From a virus, in the IMG/VR virus record IMGVR_UViG_3300034082_004296, positions 96,001 through 160,000 of that record: 64,000 bases of DNA, one strand, 5' to 3'. Under the pieces are notes generated by a model. It did no database searches, was not told the DNA's origin, and worked only from the letters and a program-made list of their open reading frames with translations. The translations under genes and the position numbers were made by a program. Each line of letters opens with the position of its first letter. Position 1 is the stretch's first letter. Of this stretch, positions 50,725 through 60,784 are shown piece after piece.

Positions 50725-51459
50725 ATGGGTAGCAACAAATCAGGAATGAGCCGAGAAAATCGTGCTCACCTCAGGGACGAGATACAATCCCTATTGGGAT
50801 CGATCGGTACTGAGTCACATGGAGACATGGTGATTGATAACGAGATCTCTGAAAAGACTAGACCTGAAAGTCCATACGATTTTGAGGAGATGAGTAATCA
50901 GTTTACAGTCAAAGCTAGGGAAATCACTGATTCCCTATTTAAAAACTTTGTGGATATTGGAATTTTTGAAAAAAATGATTATGCTCGACATAAAAAGGAA
51001 CTAGATACAATCAACATCTCAAACCTTTTCTTTCAATTAAAGACAATAAAGATTACAATTATTAAGGTGATGGAGGAAATAACTTCAGGTAACACTCACC
51101 CTAGACTAATTGAGGTAATGGGTCAGTTACAAGATAAGATGGCCTCGATTACCAAGATGCAGGCAAATTATGTGCTCTTTCTTGAGGACACATATCGTCA
51201 GTTAAACTCCGCTGCTCCAGTAAATCCAGATTCAGAATTTGTAGATTCAAGTTCTACTGAAGGTCAGTTCTTTATTACAGTAGGAACAAAAAATCTAATC
51301 AATATCTTACCTGGAGAATCAGCGGACGACTCGATTAAAGTACCTACTGGGAGTTTATTGGACCCATCTAATAAATCCGAACTGATGCGGGAAAGAAACA
51401 TAGAGCTTAAGAGCGATGAAGCAGACGATGACTTTATGGACATCAGTGAAATAATTTAA
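50725..51459 (+). CDS. Putative terminase small subunit
   Basis: Directly upstream of terL; the HPRLIEVMGQL...VGT pattern resembles T4 gp16. Confidence 0.6.
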   Translation: MGSNKSGMSRENRAHLRDEIQSLLGSIGTESHGDMVIDNEISEKTRPESPYDFEEMSNQFTVKAREITDSLFKNFVDIGIFEKNDYARHKKELDTINISNLFFQLKTIKITIIKVMEEITSGNTHPRLIEVMGQLQDKMASITKMQANYVLFLEDTYRQLNSAAPVNPDSEFVDSSSTEGQFFITVGTKNLINILPGESADDSIKVPTGSLLDPSNKSELMRERNIELKSDEADDDFMDISEII

Positions 51460-51463
51460 CTTA

Positions 51464-53443
51464 ATGAAAGACGTCATGACCAATGGTGGCGCTTTTAGCC
51501 ATCGAAAACTATCAAATCTTTCGGGTTCGCCTGAAGATACTAACACTTCACTTTGGACAACTGCTCGTATCAATAAGCTTCTCGATGCGATTGAAAATGA
51601 CGGATTCGATATTAAAGGTCTGCATAATTCTCCATTTAAAGACAATGATGTTAACTTAAAAAGAGGAAACCTTCCATTTGAATATACGCCAGAAGAAGTA
51701 GAAGAACTTAAAAAGTGTAAAGCTGATGTTCTCTATTTTGCCACTAATTATTGTAAGATTCAAACTGGTGATGGTGTTAAATACATAAAGGATACTGAAG
51801 GTCTTCGAGATTTTCAAGAACAAATCCTGCAATCTTTTAGAGGAAACAAGTGGAATATCCTAATGGCAAGTCGACAGACCGGTAAATCAGTTACATCAGC
51901 TATTTTTATCTTATGGTTTCTTCTATTCAAATCTGATAAGACTGCCCTAATTGTTGCAGATAATTTTACTACAACTCGAGAGTTAATGGATAAGTTTAGA
52001 ATCTGTCTTGATGGGCTGCCTTTCTTTATGAAGCCTGGAATCAAACATATCAATTCAGGAAACATTAAGTTTGATAACGATAGTCGTATTGTTGGTAGAA
52101 CGACTACTAAAAAATCAGGTATCGGTCTTACTGTAAATATCCTATATATTGATGAGTTCGCGCATATCGATGAAGCAAAATTAGATGAATTCTATCGAGC
52201 AATCGTTCCTACAATCACGGCCGATCCGAATGCAAAAGTAATTATTACTTCTACACCAAACGGTAAAAATAAATTCTATGAGATCTGGGTAGATGCTATT
52301 GCTGGAAAAAGTGACTATGTTCCTCTTAGGGTTGATTGGTGGCAAGTTAAAGGTAGAGACGAGGCATGGAAGCAATCAGTTATCGCAAACCTTGGATCAG
52401 TTGAAGACTTTAACCAGGAATATGGACTCCAATTTTTCTCATCAGACCAATTACTCCTAAACTCTAATGAATTAAAGAGACTCTATAATATCAAGTCAGA
52501 CTATATAAATACAACATTTGCATTGCCTGAAGAAAAGCAATGGATTAATGACTGTTTTACTGTACACCCAAATTATGCTAAACGTCTCTATCATGATTAT
52601 AAGAGTGATAATGCAAAGTATGTTTTTTCGATCGATACTGCGGATGGAACAGGTGGGGATTATTCAGTCTTAAACATATATAAGATAGTATGCTTACCGA
52701 TCAATGAGCTCTTAAAAAAGAAGGAGGCTATTCGAAGCGAGACAGATACTACCTCATTGGTACAGATTGCAACATTTAGAACAAACGAACGGGATATTAA
52801 CGATTTTGCAGCAGGCGTAGAGTTTATTACATATGAGCTCTTTAGTTCTGAAAACGTCAGAATAGTGCTTGAGATGAATCACAAAGGGGAGATAATAAAA
52901 AATAGGTTAGAGGACAATGATGCATACTGGCCATCCCAGTTAGTGCACACTAAACACACAGAGATGGCAGTTAACATCAAGCCAGGAATTAGATTAGGTC
53001 CGACAAATAAGATTAAGTATTGTGAAAAGTTTAAATATTTTGTTGAGGTCAAAAAGATCATACCTAATGATTTTCTAACTGTTATGGAACTTATGGCTTT
53101 CGGTAAGAGCAAGGGAGGAACATATCGTGGACAGAATGGCAATGACGATCTTGCGATGACCTGTGTCAATCTTGCACCGGCTCTGGACTCAAACCAGCTT
53201 TGGGAACTCTCTATCGAGACGTATGAAGCTGCCTCTACTGAATATCGAAAGGAGGTTGAGGAAAAGATATTTAGTCTATTTAGATCTGGAGGGAATCGCC
53301 CAGCCTTTGATTATGATACTCTGCGTGATATTAATTCTCCTCTAAATAACTCAGAAAAAGGAAATAACGATAGGAAACACGTATTTGATCTTCAATCCCT
53401 AGAAAAAATGCAAAAAATTAAGGACAAATTTTTTAAAAGTTAA
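51464..53443 (+). CDS. terL: Terminase large subunit (T4 gp17-like)
   Basis: LRDFQ, Walker A SRQTGKS, Walker B LYIDEFAH, TSTPNG, and nuclease motifs IDTADGTGGDYS and NDDLAM. Confidence 0.97.
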   Translation: MKDVMTNGGAFSHRKLSNLSGSPEDTNTSLWTTARINKLLDAIENDGFDIKGLHNSPFKDNDVNLKRGNLPFEYTPEEVEELKKCKADVLYFATNYCKIQTGDGVKYIKDTEGLRDFQEQILQSFRGNKWNILMASRQTGKSVTSAIFILWFLLFKSDKTALIVADNFTTTRELMDKFRICLDGLPFFMKPGIKHINSGNIKFDNDSRIVGRTTTKKSGIGLTVNILYIDEFAHIDEAKLDEFYRAIVPTITADPNAKVIITSTPNGKNKFYEIWVDAIAGKSDYVPLRVDWWQVKGRDEAWKQSVIANLGSVEDFNQEYGLQFFSSDQLLLNSNELKRLYNIKSDYINTTFALPEEKQWINDCFTVHPNYAKRLYHDYKSDNAKYVFSIDTADGTGGDYSVLNIYKIVCLPINELLKKKEAIRSETDTTSLVQIATFRTNERDINDFAAGVEFITYELFSSENVRIVLEMNHKGEIIKNRLEDNDAYWPSQLVHTKHTEMAVNIKPGIRLGPTNKIKYCEKFKYFVEVKKIIPNDFLTVMELMAFGKSKGGTYRGQNGNDDLAMTCVNLAPALDSNQLWELSIETYEAASTEYRKEVEEKIFSLFRSGGNRPAFDYDTLRDINSPLNNSEKGNNDRKHVFDLQSLEKMQKIKDKFFKS

Positions 53444-53492
53444 ATTTTTTTTAGTATAATAGTACTGAAACCGTTGTATAAACATTAAAACT

Positions 53493-53801
53493 ATGAAGAT
53501 TCTTAAATTTCAAGGCGACATCGGGCTTGATGATGTATTCAACCGCCATAAGATAGAGATCTACGACAATCTCTTACAATCTATCAAGAACCATTATCAG
53601 GACAATACTTATCTTGAGGTGGAGGTGATTAAGATCTCAATCAATGAATCTGAATACACAATAAACTTATCACGGGATAAATTCATAAGTGGGTTGGAGG
53701 GAGCAATAACTTTTTATGAATCGTGTGAAGAATACGAAAAATGCGCAGATTGTCTAACAATCATTAACACTCTTAAAAAAAATAAAATCATGGAGGCATA
53801 A
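53493..53801 (+). CDS. Hypothetical protein with a C-terminal UVR-like EEYEKCA motif
   Basis: ...AITFYESCEEYEKCADCL. Confidence 0.7.
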   Translation: MKILKFQGDIGLDDVFNRHKIEIYDNLLQSIKNHYQDNTYLEVEVIKISINESEYTINLSRDKFISGLEGAITFYESCEEYEKCADCLTIINTLKKNKIMEA

Positions 53802-53804
53802 AAT

Positions 53805-54431
53805 ATGGGGTATGAACTAAACAACACAAAAATCAATGAAAGAATTCAAGAAATATCTGAAAAACTACTTAAAAAGCAAAATACCGATCGAGAAAAAAAT
53901 GAGTTAGCTCGACTCATCTATCCAAAACTTAAATATTATATTTGGAAGTTTTGTAAAAACGAGTTCGATACTGAAGAGGCCCTACAATTTACTCTAAAAA
54001 AGATCTTTAAAAACATTGCCCAGTTTGACTTTGAGAAAGGCAGGTTTACTACCTGGATTTACACAATAGCTCGAAATGAGACTCTACTCTATCTACATCA
54101 CCTAAAGAAAAATTCACATTATGATATAGAGACAGTATATACTAAGATCGATAGGCCCGATGAGATAGATGATGGCATAGAGTCATTTACAGATATTGAT
54201 GATATTTATCAAACAACGGTTGATGAGATTCTACTTATAGAGGATCCTCTACTCAAGAACATCGCTATCGATAAGATGATTAAGAACAAAAAGGTAAAAC
54301 AGATAGCAATTGACTATGAAATAAACGAAAACACAGTAAAGACCAAATTGCGTAAGATCAGGTCAGACATTAAATTTTCTGTCCTACTTAAAAATCCCCA
54401 ATTTGAAGAAAAAATAAAACTAATCCTATGA
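53805..54431 (+). CDS. Sigma-70 family (ECF-like) RNA polymerase sigma factor
   Basis: Region 2: [18 protein letters not shown]. Region 4 HTH: [23 protein letters not shown]. Confidence 0.9.
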   Translation: MGYELNNTKINERIQEISEKLLKKQNTDREKNELARLIYPKLKYYIWKFCKNEFDTEEALQFTLKKIFKNIAQFDFEKGRFTTWIYTIARNETLLYLHHLKKNSHYDIETVYTKIDRPDEIDDGIESFTDIDDIYQTTVDEILLIEDPLLKNIAIDKMIKNKKVKQIAIDYEINENTVKTKLRKIRSDIKFSVLLKNPQFEEKIKLIL

Positions 54432-54889
54432 TACTTGATTATATTTCACCAGGTAGAGTATACAAAAAGCTCTCAATATGTTTAGAAGAGCTTGCCAATT
54501 ATCGAACATTTAAAAAGATTGTGGTCGAGCTTAATGATGCTGGAAAATTAGACGAGGTCGGGCTAAAGGCTGACTCTAATTCAAACATGTATATTGGAAT
54601 AAATCTTAATCCTGAGCTTCTTCTATATTCAGAGACCTCGCAAGAATCAGTTGAGCTCAAGTTGGTCTCAGAAAAAATGAACAAATACAATGATTTCTTA
54701 ACTAAGGAAGGCATACTCGATTCAATTAAAGTCGATTTTGAAAGAGTACAAGACGATTCTTTCTATGGTTACATATTACAAATCAGTTTTAACTTTAAAA
54801 AGTATAAAAAGTCTGACTTAATATATGCAATATCATATTTTTCAACTATTGCACTTTCAATATTGGCTAGCTTATTCTTGCTCCTTTAA
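54428..54889 (+). CDS. Hypothetical protein with a C-terminal transmembrane helix
   Basis: C-terminus [23 protein letters not shown]. Confidence 0.75.
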   Translation: MILDYISPGRVYKKLSICLEELANYRTFKKIVVELNDAGKLDEVGLKADSNSNMYIGINLNPELLLYSETSQESVELKLVSEKMNKYNDFLTKEGILDSIKVDFERVQDDSFYGYILQISFNFKKYKKSDLIYAISYFSTIALSILASLFLLL

Positions 54890-54917
54890 TAAATTAATAA
54901 ATAAAAAAATAAATCTC

Positions 54918-55208
54918 ATGAAAAAATTAAACTCTTTTATAACAAATCACTATCCTAAAATAGTAATATGTTTAATAATTCTTATTTTCTTTAATACTTG
55001 TGGAAATCCTACCAAGTCTCTAAATAAGAGAGTCGATGCTCTTTCCCAAAAGATTGATTCTCTAGAAAAAGTCACGGTGACTAAAAAAGATCTTAAGATC
55101 GAAGGACTTAAATCTGAAAAAAGAATGATTCAGTCAACTGATCGCAAGATACTTGATGTAAACCGTCAAGCTGAGATTGACAAAGAGATTTCTTCTCTAG
55201 AAAAATAA
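54918..55208 (+). CDS. Membrane-anchored or lipoprotein-like coiled-coil protein
   Basis: Likely start is the ATG at 54918 (MKKLNSF...IVICLIILIFFNTCG), followed by a coiled coil; late motif at 54896-54903. Confidence 0.7.
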   Translation: MKKLNSFITNHYPKIVICLIILIFFNTCGNPTKSLNKRVDALSQKIDSLEKVTVTKKDLKIEGLKSEKRMIQSTDRKILDVNRQAEIDKEISSLEK

Positions 55209-55214
55209 TCCAAA

Positions 55215-56045
55215 ATGATGATAAAATGGATAAACCAAAACAAGGAGTCAATAATAAGGGCTGCCTTTCTTATACCTATCTTGTCAGTTGCGATCATCTC
55301 AATCTCTCACGTAGTTGGATGGTATGACCTAGGTAACCCAATAAACTGGGCTATATACTTATCGATAGCCGTTGAAGTTGCTGCGTTATCTTCAATTGCG
55401 GCATCATCAGTTAGAGTAAAGGGTTTTTCAGTATGGCTTGTATTCATAATAGTTACCCTAATTCAATTCATAGGAAATATCTATTATAGTTATACTGAAA
55501 TCGACGTTGCGTCCAAAGAATTTAAGGATTGGGCCGAATTGACTCTACCTCTTTTTGATTCTTTTAGTGATACATCGGACTTAGTCGCTCAACGTCGACT
55601 TCTTGCAGTCCTTGAAGGAGGTCTATTACCGCTAATCTCACTAACCTGCCTACACTTCTTTATTAAATATGGTGATCGAGATCTAGAGCAACCTGTCGTG
55701 TATTCAGAACAAGATAACCTAGAAGATTCTAAAGAACCTGTTGAGGAATATGAAAAATCTGATTTACAAGAAGAAGCTGATCGAGTTTGGGAAAAGGTTA
55801 AAGAACTGAGAGAAGAAGGTAAGTTACCTATCCTCACTGAAGAGGATCTTGCTGATGAACCAAGCGCTCTAGCTAACTCTCAATATAGATTAGAAGAAGA
55901 AAGTCCGTCAATTGAAGAAACTGTTAAGTTTGTATCTGATTCAAAAGAATCTCCCAAAAGGTCACAAATGAAGCCCGTAAAGTCTGGAGTATCTTTAACT
56001 ACTAATAAATCGAATACCTACGACAACAACTTGCCTCGTTTTTAA
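55215..56045 (+). CDS. Multi-pass membrane protein with an acidic C-terminal tail
   Basis: About four hydrophobic helices in the first 150 aa. Confidence 0.75.
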   Translation: MMIKWINQNKESIIRAAFLIPILSVAIISISHVVGWYDLGNPINWAIYLSIAVEVAALSSIAASSVRVKGFSVWLVFIIVTLIQFIGNIYYSYTEIDVASKEFKDWAELTLPLFDSFSDTSDLVAQRRLLAVLEGGLLPLISLTCLHFFIKYGDRDLEQPVVYSEQDNLEDSKEPVEEYEKSDLQEEADRVWEKVKELREEGKLPILTEEDLADEPSALANSQYRLEEESPSIEETVKFVSDSKESPKRSQMKPVKSGVSLTTNKSNTYDNNLPRF

Positions 56046-56072
56046 AAAATAAATAATAAAAAACAAGGACAA

Positions 56073-56609
56073 ATGGTACCTAATTTAAACGAGATATGCG
56101 AATGCTGTGGCGGTTATGAAAACCAGCCAATACTTCAATTATTTGATAATAAATGTTTTGGTATCGTTGATGGAAAGGAGATATCTGAAGACTTTTGCTT
56201 AAAGGACTTTGCATTTCCGACTGATGGTTATTCCTGTATTGGCATAACAGTTAAAGAAGGAGGAATAAGTTCAGAAGACATCACACTATTTGACAATGAC
56301 TTACCTGTCCCATTGGCAATATTGGAAAGCGGCAAGCCCTATGTTAGAGGAATTTTAGTAAAAGTAACTTATCCAACAAATGATCTAAACTCAGAAGAGA
56401 TACCAATTTCTGATAAGAATGTAACGTTAGAAATTACAAGATATAATGGAGACATGACATTCTATCCAATGTATAATTTCTTTTCTATCTTTACTAATCC
56501 TAAATCAAACGATCCCAGCCAAATAATAAATAAAATAGTACTAAGTAACTCAAATACTAACTATCAAATTAGAGTGTCTGCGTTGATTTTATTTGGAAAT
56601 GCTCTATAA
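56073..56609 (+). CDS. Hypothetical (probably structural) protein with a Cys-rich N-terminus
   Basis: EICECCGG; late motif at 56048-56055. Confidence 0.7.
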   Translation: MVPNLNEICECCGGYENQPILQLFDNKCFGIVDGKEISEDFCLKDFAFPTDGYSCIGITVKEGGISSEDITLFDNDLPVPLAILESGKPYVRGILVKVTYPTNDLNSEEIPISDKNVTLEITRYNGDMTFYPMYNFFSIFTNPKSNDPSQIINKIVLSNSNTNYQIRVSALILFGNAL

Positions 56610-56623
56610 AAAACTTTAAAGAA

Positions 56624-57031
56624 ATGACTAATTATGCGACTGAAATAATTGAAATTAATGCTGGTGTAAACTACGAGCCTACTTTTATTAGAACAGATAA
56701 AAGACTACCTAGTAATGTACCAACTTCATTAGGCTATTATCAAATTGGTGAGTTTGGTCCTTATGGAAATGCAAAGGGTCCAATCTTTAGAGTTGAATTT
56801 GCAGATACTTCTTCTATTGCTACTGCTTCACATGTTAAGATCTGGGGCTTAGATAACGATGATACGAACGCTCCTCTATATCCAATTGCATACCTTCAAA
56901 CATGGAGACCAATCCTAGACATATATGTAAAGAAATTTATCTTTTGTGACTCTGCTGGAGTAGAAGTCGATGAGGAAGGTAATTATACAGTTATTGGATA
57001 TAAACGAAAAACAATTCCTACTGTATTCTAA
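56624..57031 (+). CDS. Hypothetical protein
   Basis: 135-aa ORF in the late operon. Confidence 0.7.
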   Translation: MTNYATEIIEINAGVNYEPTFIRTDKRLPSNVPTSLGYYQIGEFGPYGNAKGPIFRVEFADTSSIATASHVKIWGLDNDDTNAPLYPIAYLQTWRPILDIYVKKFIFCDSAGVEVDEEGNYTVIGYKRKTIPTVF

Positions 57032-57498
57032 TGGAAAGAATAGACGAGTTTTATAATGGGGCAGGAATGCCTTCAAAGGACTTTGCAAGAGGCCTGCCTT
57101 TCTATGGAACCAAGGGTGACTTTAACTTTACAACAGGCAAGAGCCAATTTACACCAGGAGTATCAATCAAGCAGTCTCCATTAACCGACATGTCAGTCAA
57201 AGGGGATCCAGGAGTATCCCCATTCGATTCACAAATAAGTAAACTAAGATTTTATTTCAAACCTGGAGATAGGGTCAGAGGTATTGTAATTAACTCTCAA
57301 ATTAATTCAGAAAATGGTAAAGTTATAGTAGGGAAATTAGATAAGATCGTTCCTAACTATTCTACCAATACTATCCGAGCATGGATAAAAAATCCATCCA
57401 CTCTTGAGTCTACTGAGATTTATATTGACACCATTGAAAGAATCTATGAGAGCACATCCGCTCGAGCTCTAAGTTTTTCTCAATTCATTAATTCATAA
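57031..57498 (+). CDS. Hypothetical protein (SH3/KOW-like FKPGDRVRG) ending in SFSQFINS
   Basis: 155 aa; TAATG coupling to the previous gene. Confidence 0.7.
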   Translation: MERIDEFYNGAGMPSKDFARGLPFYGTKGDFNFTTGKSQFTPGVSIKQSPLTDMSVKGDPGVSPFDSQISKLRFYFKPGDRVRGIVINSQINSENGKVIVGKLDKIVPNYSTNTIRAWIKNPSTLESTEIYIDTIERIYESTSARALSFSQFINS

Positions 57499-57561
57499 GC
57501 AAGTAATCACCAGTTAGAACCAACTGTCGTTTTTTGTATATAAGATAAAAAACCATTTTTT

Positions 57562-58554
57562 ATGCAATTAAACGGAATCGATGATGAAGAAGCAGCTCGC
57601 TTTCTAGATGAACAGGATAGGATACACGGTGTAAACACAATTAAGGTTGAGGAAACTACTGTGGAACCCGCGCCAAAGGCATTAGGTCAGATTAGGGGAT
57701 ATTCTGAAACCCCCGAGCTCTCTGCTGCAGGCGAGTCTTCATGGAAGCTATTGGACCTGCGATCATTACCTTCATTGGGATTATTCTACCCTGAAGGAAC
57801 TGAACTCCTATTAAGATCAGCCAAGACCAAGGAAATTCGCCATTGGTCCACTATTGATGAAAATGACCCATTAGACGTTAGGGAAAAAATCAATTTTGTG
57901 CTAAATGCATGTACCAAGATCAAGGTTCCTGGAGGAAGACCTCTAAACTTTAATGATTTCTTGGAGGTAGACAGATATCATATTCTATTTAGAGTCTATG
58001 AACTCACCTTTCCAAACCAAGAGAATAAACTTTGGGCAAATATCCAATGTGAAAAAGATTCATTTGTTACTCGAACTCAAGTATTGAGTGCCAACCTAAA
58101 GGGTTTCCAGTATCCTGAAGAGCTAATGAAGTGGTACTCTGATGAGGATCGATGCTTTAAAATAGTTTCTGAAAGACTGAATGAAACTTTCTATATCTAC
58201 TTGCCTACTATCGGAGTTGAAAATAAGTTTAGGCTTAAAAAGCAGGAGGACCTCAGTAAAGGAGTAGAAATAGACGAAGCCTTCTATGAGACCGGTCCAT
58301 ATTTGATTAGAGATTGGCGACAGCTCAGTAGTTCAGTTCTAACTGAATTAAAGTTTAATTCGACTAGCTGGCCCGAAAACAAATTTGTTTTTATTCATAA
58401 GTTTACTAAACAGTTAAAGGACGCAAGCCTAAACAAAGTAATCAGCATATGCGATAAATGTAAAGACACGACGGAGAGCCACATTTTTTTGGAAGGAAGC
58501 TTCACTGTCAAAGATATTTTCATTATTTCAGCTGGACTTGATGAACTTATTTAA
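57562..58554 (+). CDS. Baseplate hub assembly protein (T4 gp26-like)
   Basis: LPSLGLFYP, DRYHILFRVYE, C-x2-D and CDKC motifs. Confidence 0.7.
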   Translation: MQLNGIDDEEAARFLDEQDRIHGVNTIKVEETTVEPAPKALGQIRGYSETPELSAAGESSWKLLDLRSLPSLGLFYPEGTELLLRSAKTKEIRHWSTIDENDPLDVREKINFVLNACTKIKVPGGRPLNFNDFLEVDRYHILFRVYELTFPNQENKLWANIQCEKDSFVTRTQVLSANLKGFQYPEELMKWYSDEDRCFKIVSERLNETFYIYLPTIGVENKFRLKKQEDLSKGVEIDEAFYETGPYLIRDWRQLSSSVLTELKFNSTSWPENKFVFIHKFTKQLKDASLNKVISICDKCKDTTESHIFLEGSFTVKDIFIISAGLDELI

Positions 58555-58756
58555 GCTTAATAAAGACTTGGCAGTGAAGCTTAACCAATCGTTTGATACT
58601 CTATATGAGATGGAATACATGGAGTATTCCATACTCCTAAACATAGTCAATGAGGAGATCGATAAAAGGAACAATCCAGATGACGTATTCTCTAATCTAA
58701 TGAATTCAAATCAACCAGTAAAGGTCAATCTTCCGGATGGTTTGAAACTTAAATAA
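58541..58756 (+). CDS. Baseplate hub / tail assembly chaperone (T4 gp51-like)
   Basis: Short protein with LYEMEYMEYSILL, overlapping the end of the gp26-like gene. Its frame is open from 58442. Confidence 0.6.
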   Translation: MNLFKLNKDLAVKLNQSFDTLYEMEYMEYSILLNIVNEEIDKRNNPDDVFSNLMNSNQPVKVNLPDGLKLK

Positions 58757-58776
58757 ATAATAAAAAATTCTACATT

Positions 58777-60543
58777 TTGAGTGTTGCTGCATATGTACGG
58801 GAAGCTAATCTAGGGATCCAAAAAGAGATACAGAAAAAACTTGATTATGCTAAAGCTCATCCTTATCCAACAGATGAGCTGAAGGAAGCAATCAAAAACA
58901 AAAAGAAATATAAAGGATATCAGCTAGCGATCGCAGATCTTTTTGGAATATACTCACCAACTGGTCAAATAGGGGATGATCCAAATACTCTCGATCCTGA
59001 AAAGCTTAATGCTATCAAGGAAGGGGCCGAGAAAATAAGCCCAGGTCTATGGATCAGGTTACAAGAAGGTCAAATCGGTCTAAACAAAAAGGCCGAGATC
59101 GAAGAGTACTTAAATAATATCAATCCGGAGGCCGAAATCACTGAGGAGTTTGATAAGTTCTATTCGGCAATCCTAAAAAAACAAAAAGAGGATCCAAAAA
59201 TAACTTTTGATCAGGTCTTTGCTTCAGGAGTAGACGATATTTTTGTAGACAAGTTGGGGATTTTATATAGGATCTACATCAATCTAAATTCATTTGGCGC
59301 AGATGGATTAGTAAAGGCGGCATTTAAGGAATTATACGATAAAAAGAAATCTCCAATCAAGGAATCTACTATTGAAAAACCAAAGCCACTTACAAGTTCA
59401 GCGATAAATGAAAAATCAAATGAGAATACTGTTCAGGAAAAACCAAAGAATCAGTCTACTTCAACGATTAATGAAAAACCTAAAACTGAGAATACTGAGA
59501 TAAAATCAACAACCCAAATTAAATCAGGCGGTGCAATCAATGAAAAGACTTCTTCAACCAAGGAACCTACTTCTATCACTAGCTCAGAAGGGTCACTTAC
59601 CTCAAAAAAGGTGGAGGTTGCCGAGGAAAAACCAAAAGTTGAGGAAAAAGAGAGCACGGCAATCAATATAAACATTGAGAACAAAAAACCAATAGTTTCA
59701 GCTGAATCAAATAAGGAGAAAGAAGGAAGCTTTTTTAACATATCAGGCGGGTCAACCATAAACAATATTGAATCAAACACAAATACGACTAGTAGTAATC
59801 CATCAACCTCCGAGTTAATAAAGCTAGGCGATAATAAAACTGATAATACTACAAACAATGAGATTAACTACTCAAGATATGAAGGTAAAGAAGGTAAAAA
59901 GAAGGGAGGATTTTTATCAAAGTTAGGAAAGTTTGCAGGTCAAGCTGGTGATTTCCTAAATTTGCCATCAACTGGCGAGCTTGGAAAACAAGCTAAAGAA
60001 TTGTTTGGAGTGACCACTTCTAATTTTGAGTCTAGGGTTTCTGAGATCAAGGAATCTTTTGCTAAAAATACAGTAAACTCTGAAGATAAGTATGGCACTA
60101 AACCTGAACAGAGAAGAAATAAAGACGGCACTTTTATAAACACTTCTAGTAATTCTAATGAAAGTAACGTAAATAACAAGACTTCGTCTAATGTTGAAAA
60201 GTCTGAGAGTTTTTTCAATGTTGGTACTGAAAATAAGAGCATGATAAATGTAGAACAAAACAAACCGGCGATCGTCAAAGAAAAAATAGCTTCTAATAAT
60301 GAGCCTGCCGCATCAACATCTAGTTCAATGTCATCGTCTACTAACACTACGAATACTGCTTCAAATACTGTGATCGCCAAACCCTCTAATACAAATCAGC
60401 CTCTATCAAATAGCACAGAATCGCAATCCAATTCTTCTTCGAACCAGCCAGTTGTCGTTGATTTAAACCAATTATCTCAATCAATCAATAGATTAGAAAG
60501 AATATTAATGAGCGGCATTGAAGTAACAATAAAAGAAACATAA
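58777..60543 (+). CDS. Putative tape measure / baseplate hub protein (gp29-like position), low complexity
   Basis: Follows the gp26/gp51-like pair; helical N-terminus, long S/T/N/E/K-rich region, TTG start; late motif at 58752-58759. Confidence 0.5.
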   Translation: MSVAAYVREANLGIQKEIQKKLDYAKAHPYPTDELKEAIKNKKKYKGYQLAIADLFGIYSPTGQIGDDPNTLDPEKLNAIKEGAEKISPGLWIRLQEGQIGLNKKAEIEEYLNNINPEAEITEEFDKFYSAILKKQKEDPKITFDQVFASGVDDIFVDKLGILYRIYINLNSFGADGLVKAAFKELYDKKKSPIKESTIEKPKPLTSSAINEKSNENTVQEKPKNQSTSTINEKPKTENTEIKSTTQIKSGGAINEKTSSTKEPTSITSSEGSLTSKKVEVAEEKPKVEEKESTAININIENKKPIVSAESNKEKEGSFFNISGGSTINNIESNTNTTSSNPSTSELIKLGDNKTDNTTNNEINYSRYEGKEGKKKGGFLSKLGKFAGQAGDFLNLPSTGELGKQAKELFGVTTSNFESRVSEIKESFAKNTVNSEDKYGTKPEQRRNKDGTFINTSSNSNESNVNNKTSSNVEKSESFFNVGTENKSMINVEQNKPAIVKEKIASNNEPAASTSSSMSSSTNTTNTASNTVIAKPSNTNQPLSNSTESQSNSSSNQPVVVDLNQLSQSINRLERILMSGIEVTIKET

Positions 60544-60544
60544 T

Positions 60545-60784
60545 ATGGAAAAAATTTTAAAAGATCAGTTACATAGTTTGTATCTAACTTATTCTGCAAT
60601 AACTTCGCAGTTTAAAAGAATAGAACAGGAAGCAGTTAGGCTTGAAGAGGAGAGAAAGACAGTTAGTGAGATACTTCATACTGCTCGAGAACAGGAGAAG
60701 GATGTAATAAATAAACTAGAAAAAGAACTAGATAAAACGTTAACTCCAAACGATATTCTTGAAATAATTAAACAGTATGAATAA
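60545..60784 (+). CDS. Small coiled-coil protein
   Basis: 79 aa with a heptad pattern. Confidence 0.7.
   Translation: MEKILKDQLHSLYLTYSAITSQFKRIEQEAVRLEEERKTVSEILHTAREQEKDVINKLEKELDKTLTPNDILEIIKQYE

Noticed and set aside
51464-53443. Intein or intron in terminase (also checked nrdA and nrdB)
   Set aside because: Lengths are normal, motifs are contiguous, and there are no intein splice-junction or homing endonuclease motifs.
58484-58491. Classical -1 frameshift at T TTT TTG
   Set aside because: The downstream gene is in the +1 frame, so a -1 shift would not reach it; only +1/-2 is kept as a hypothesis.
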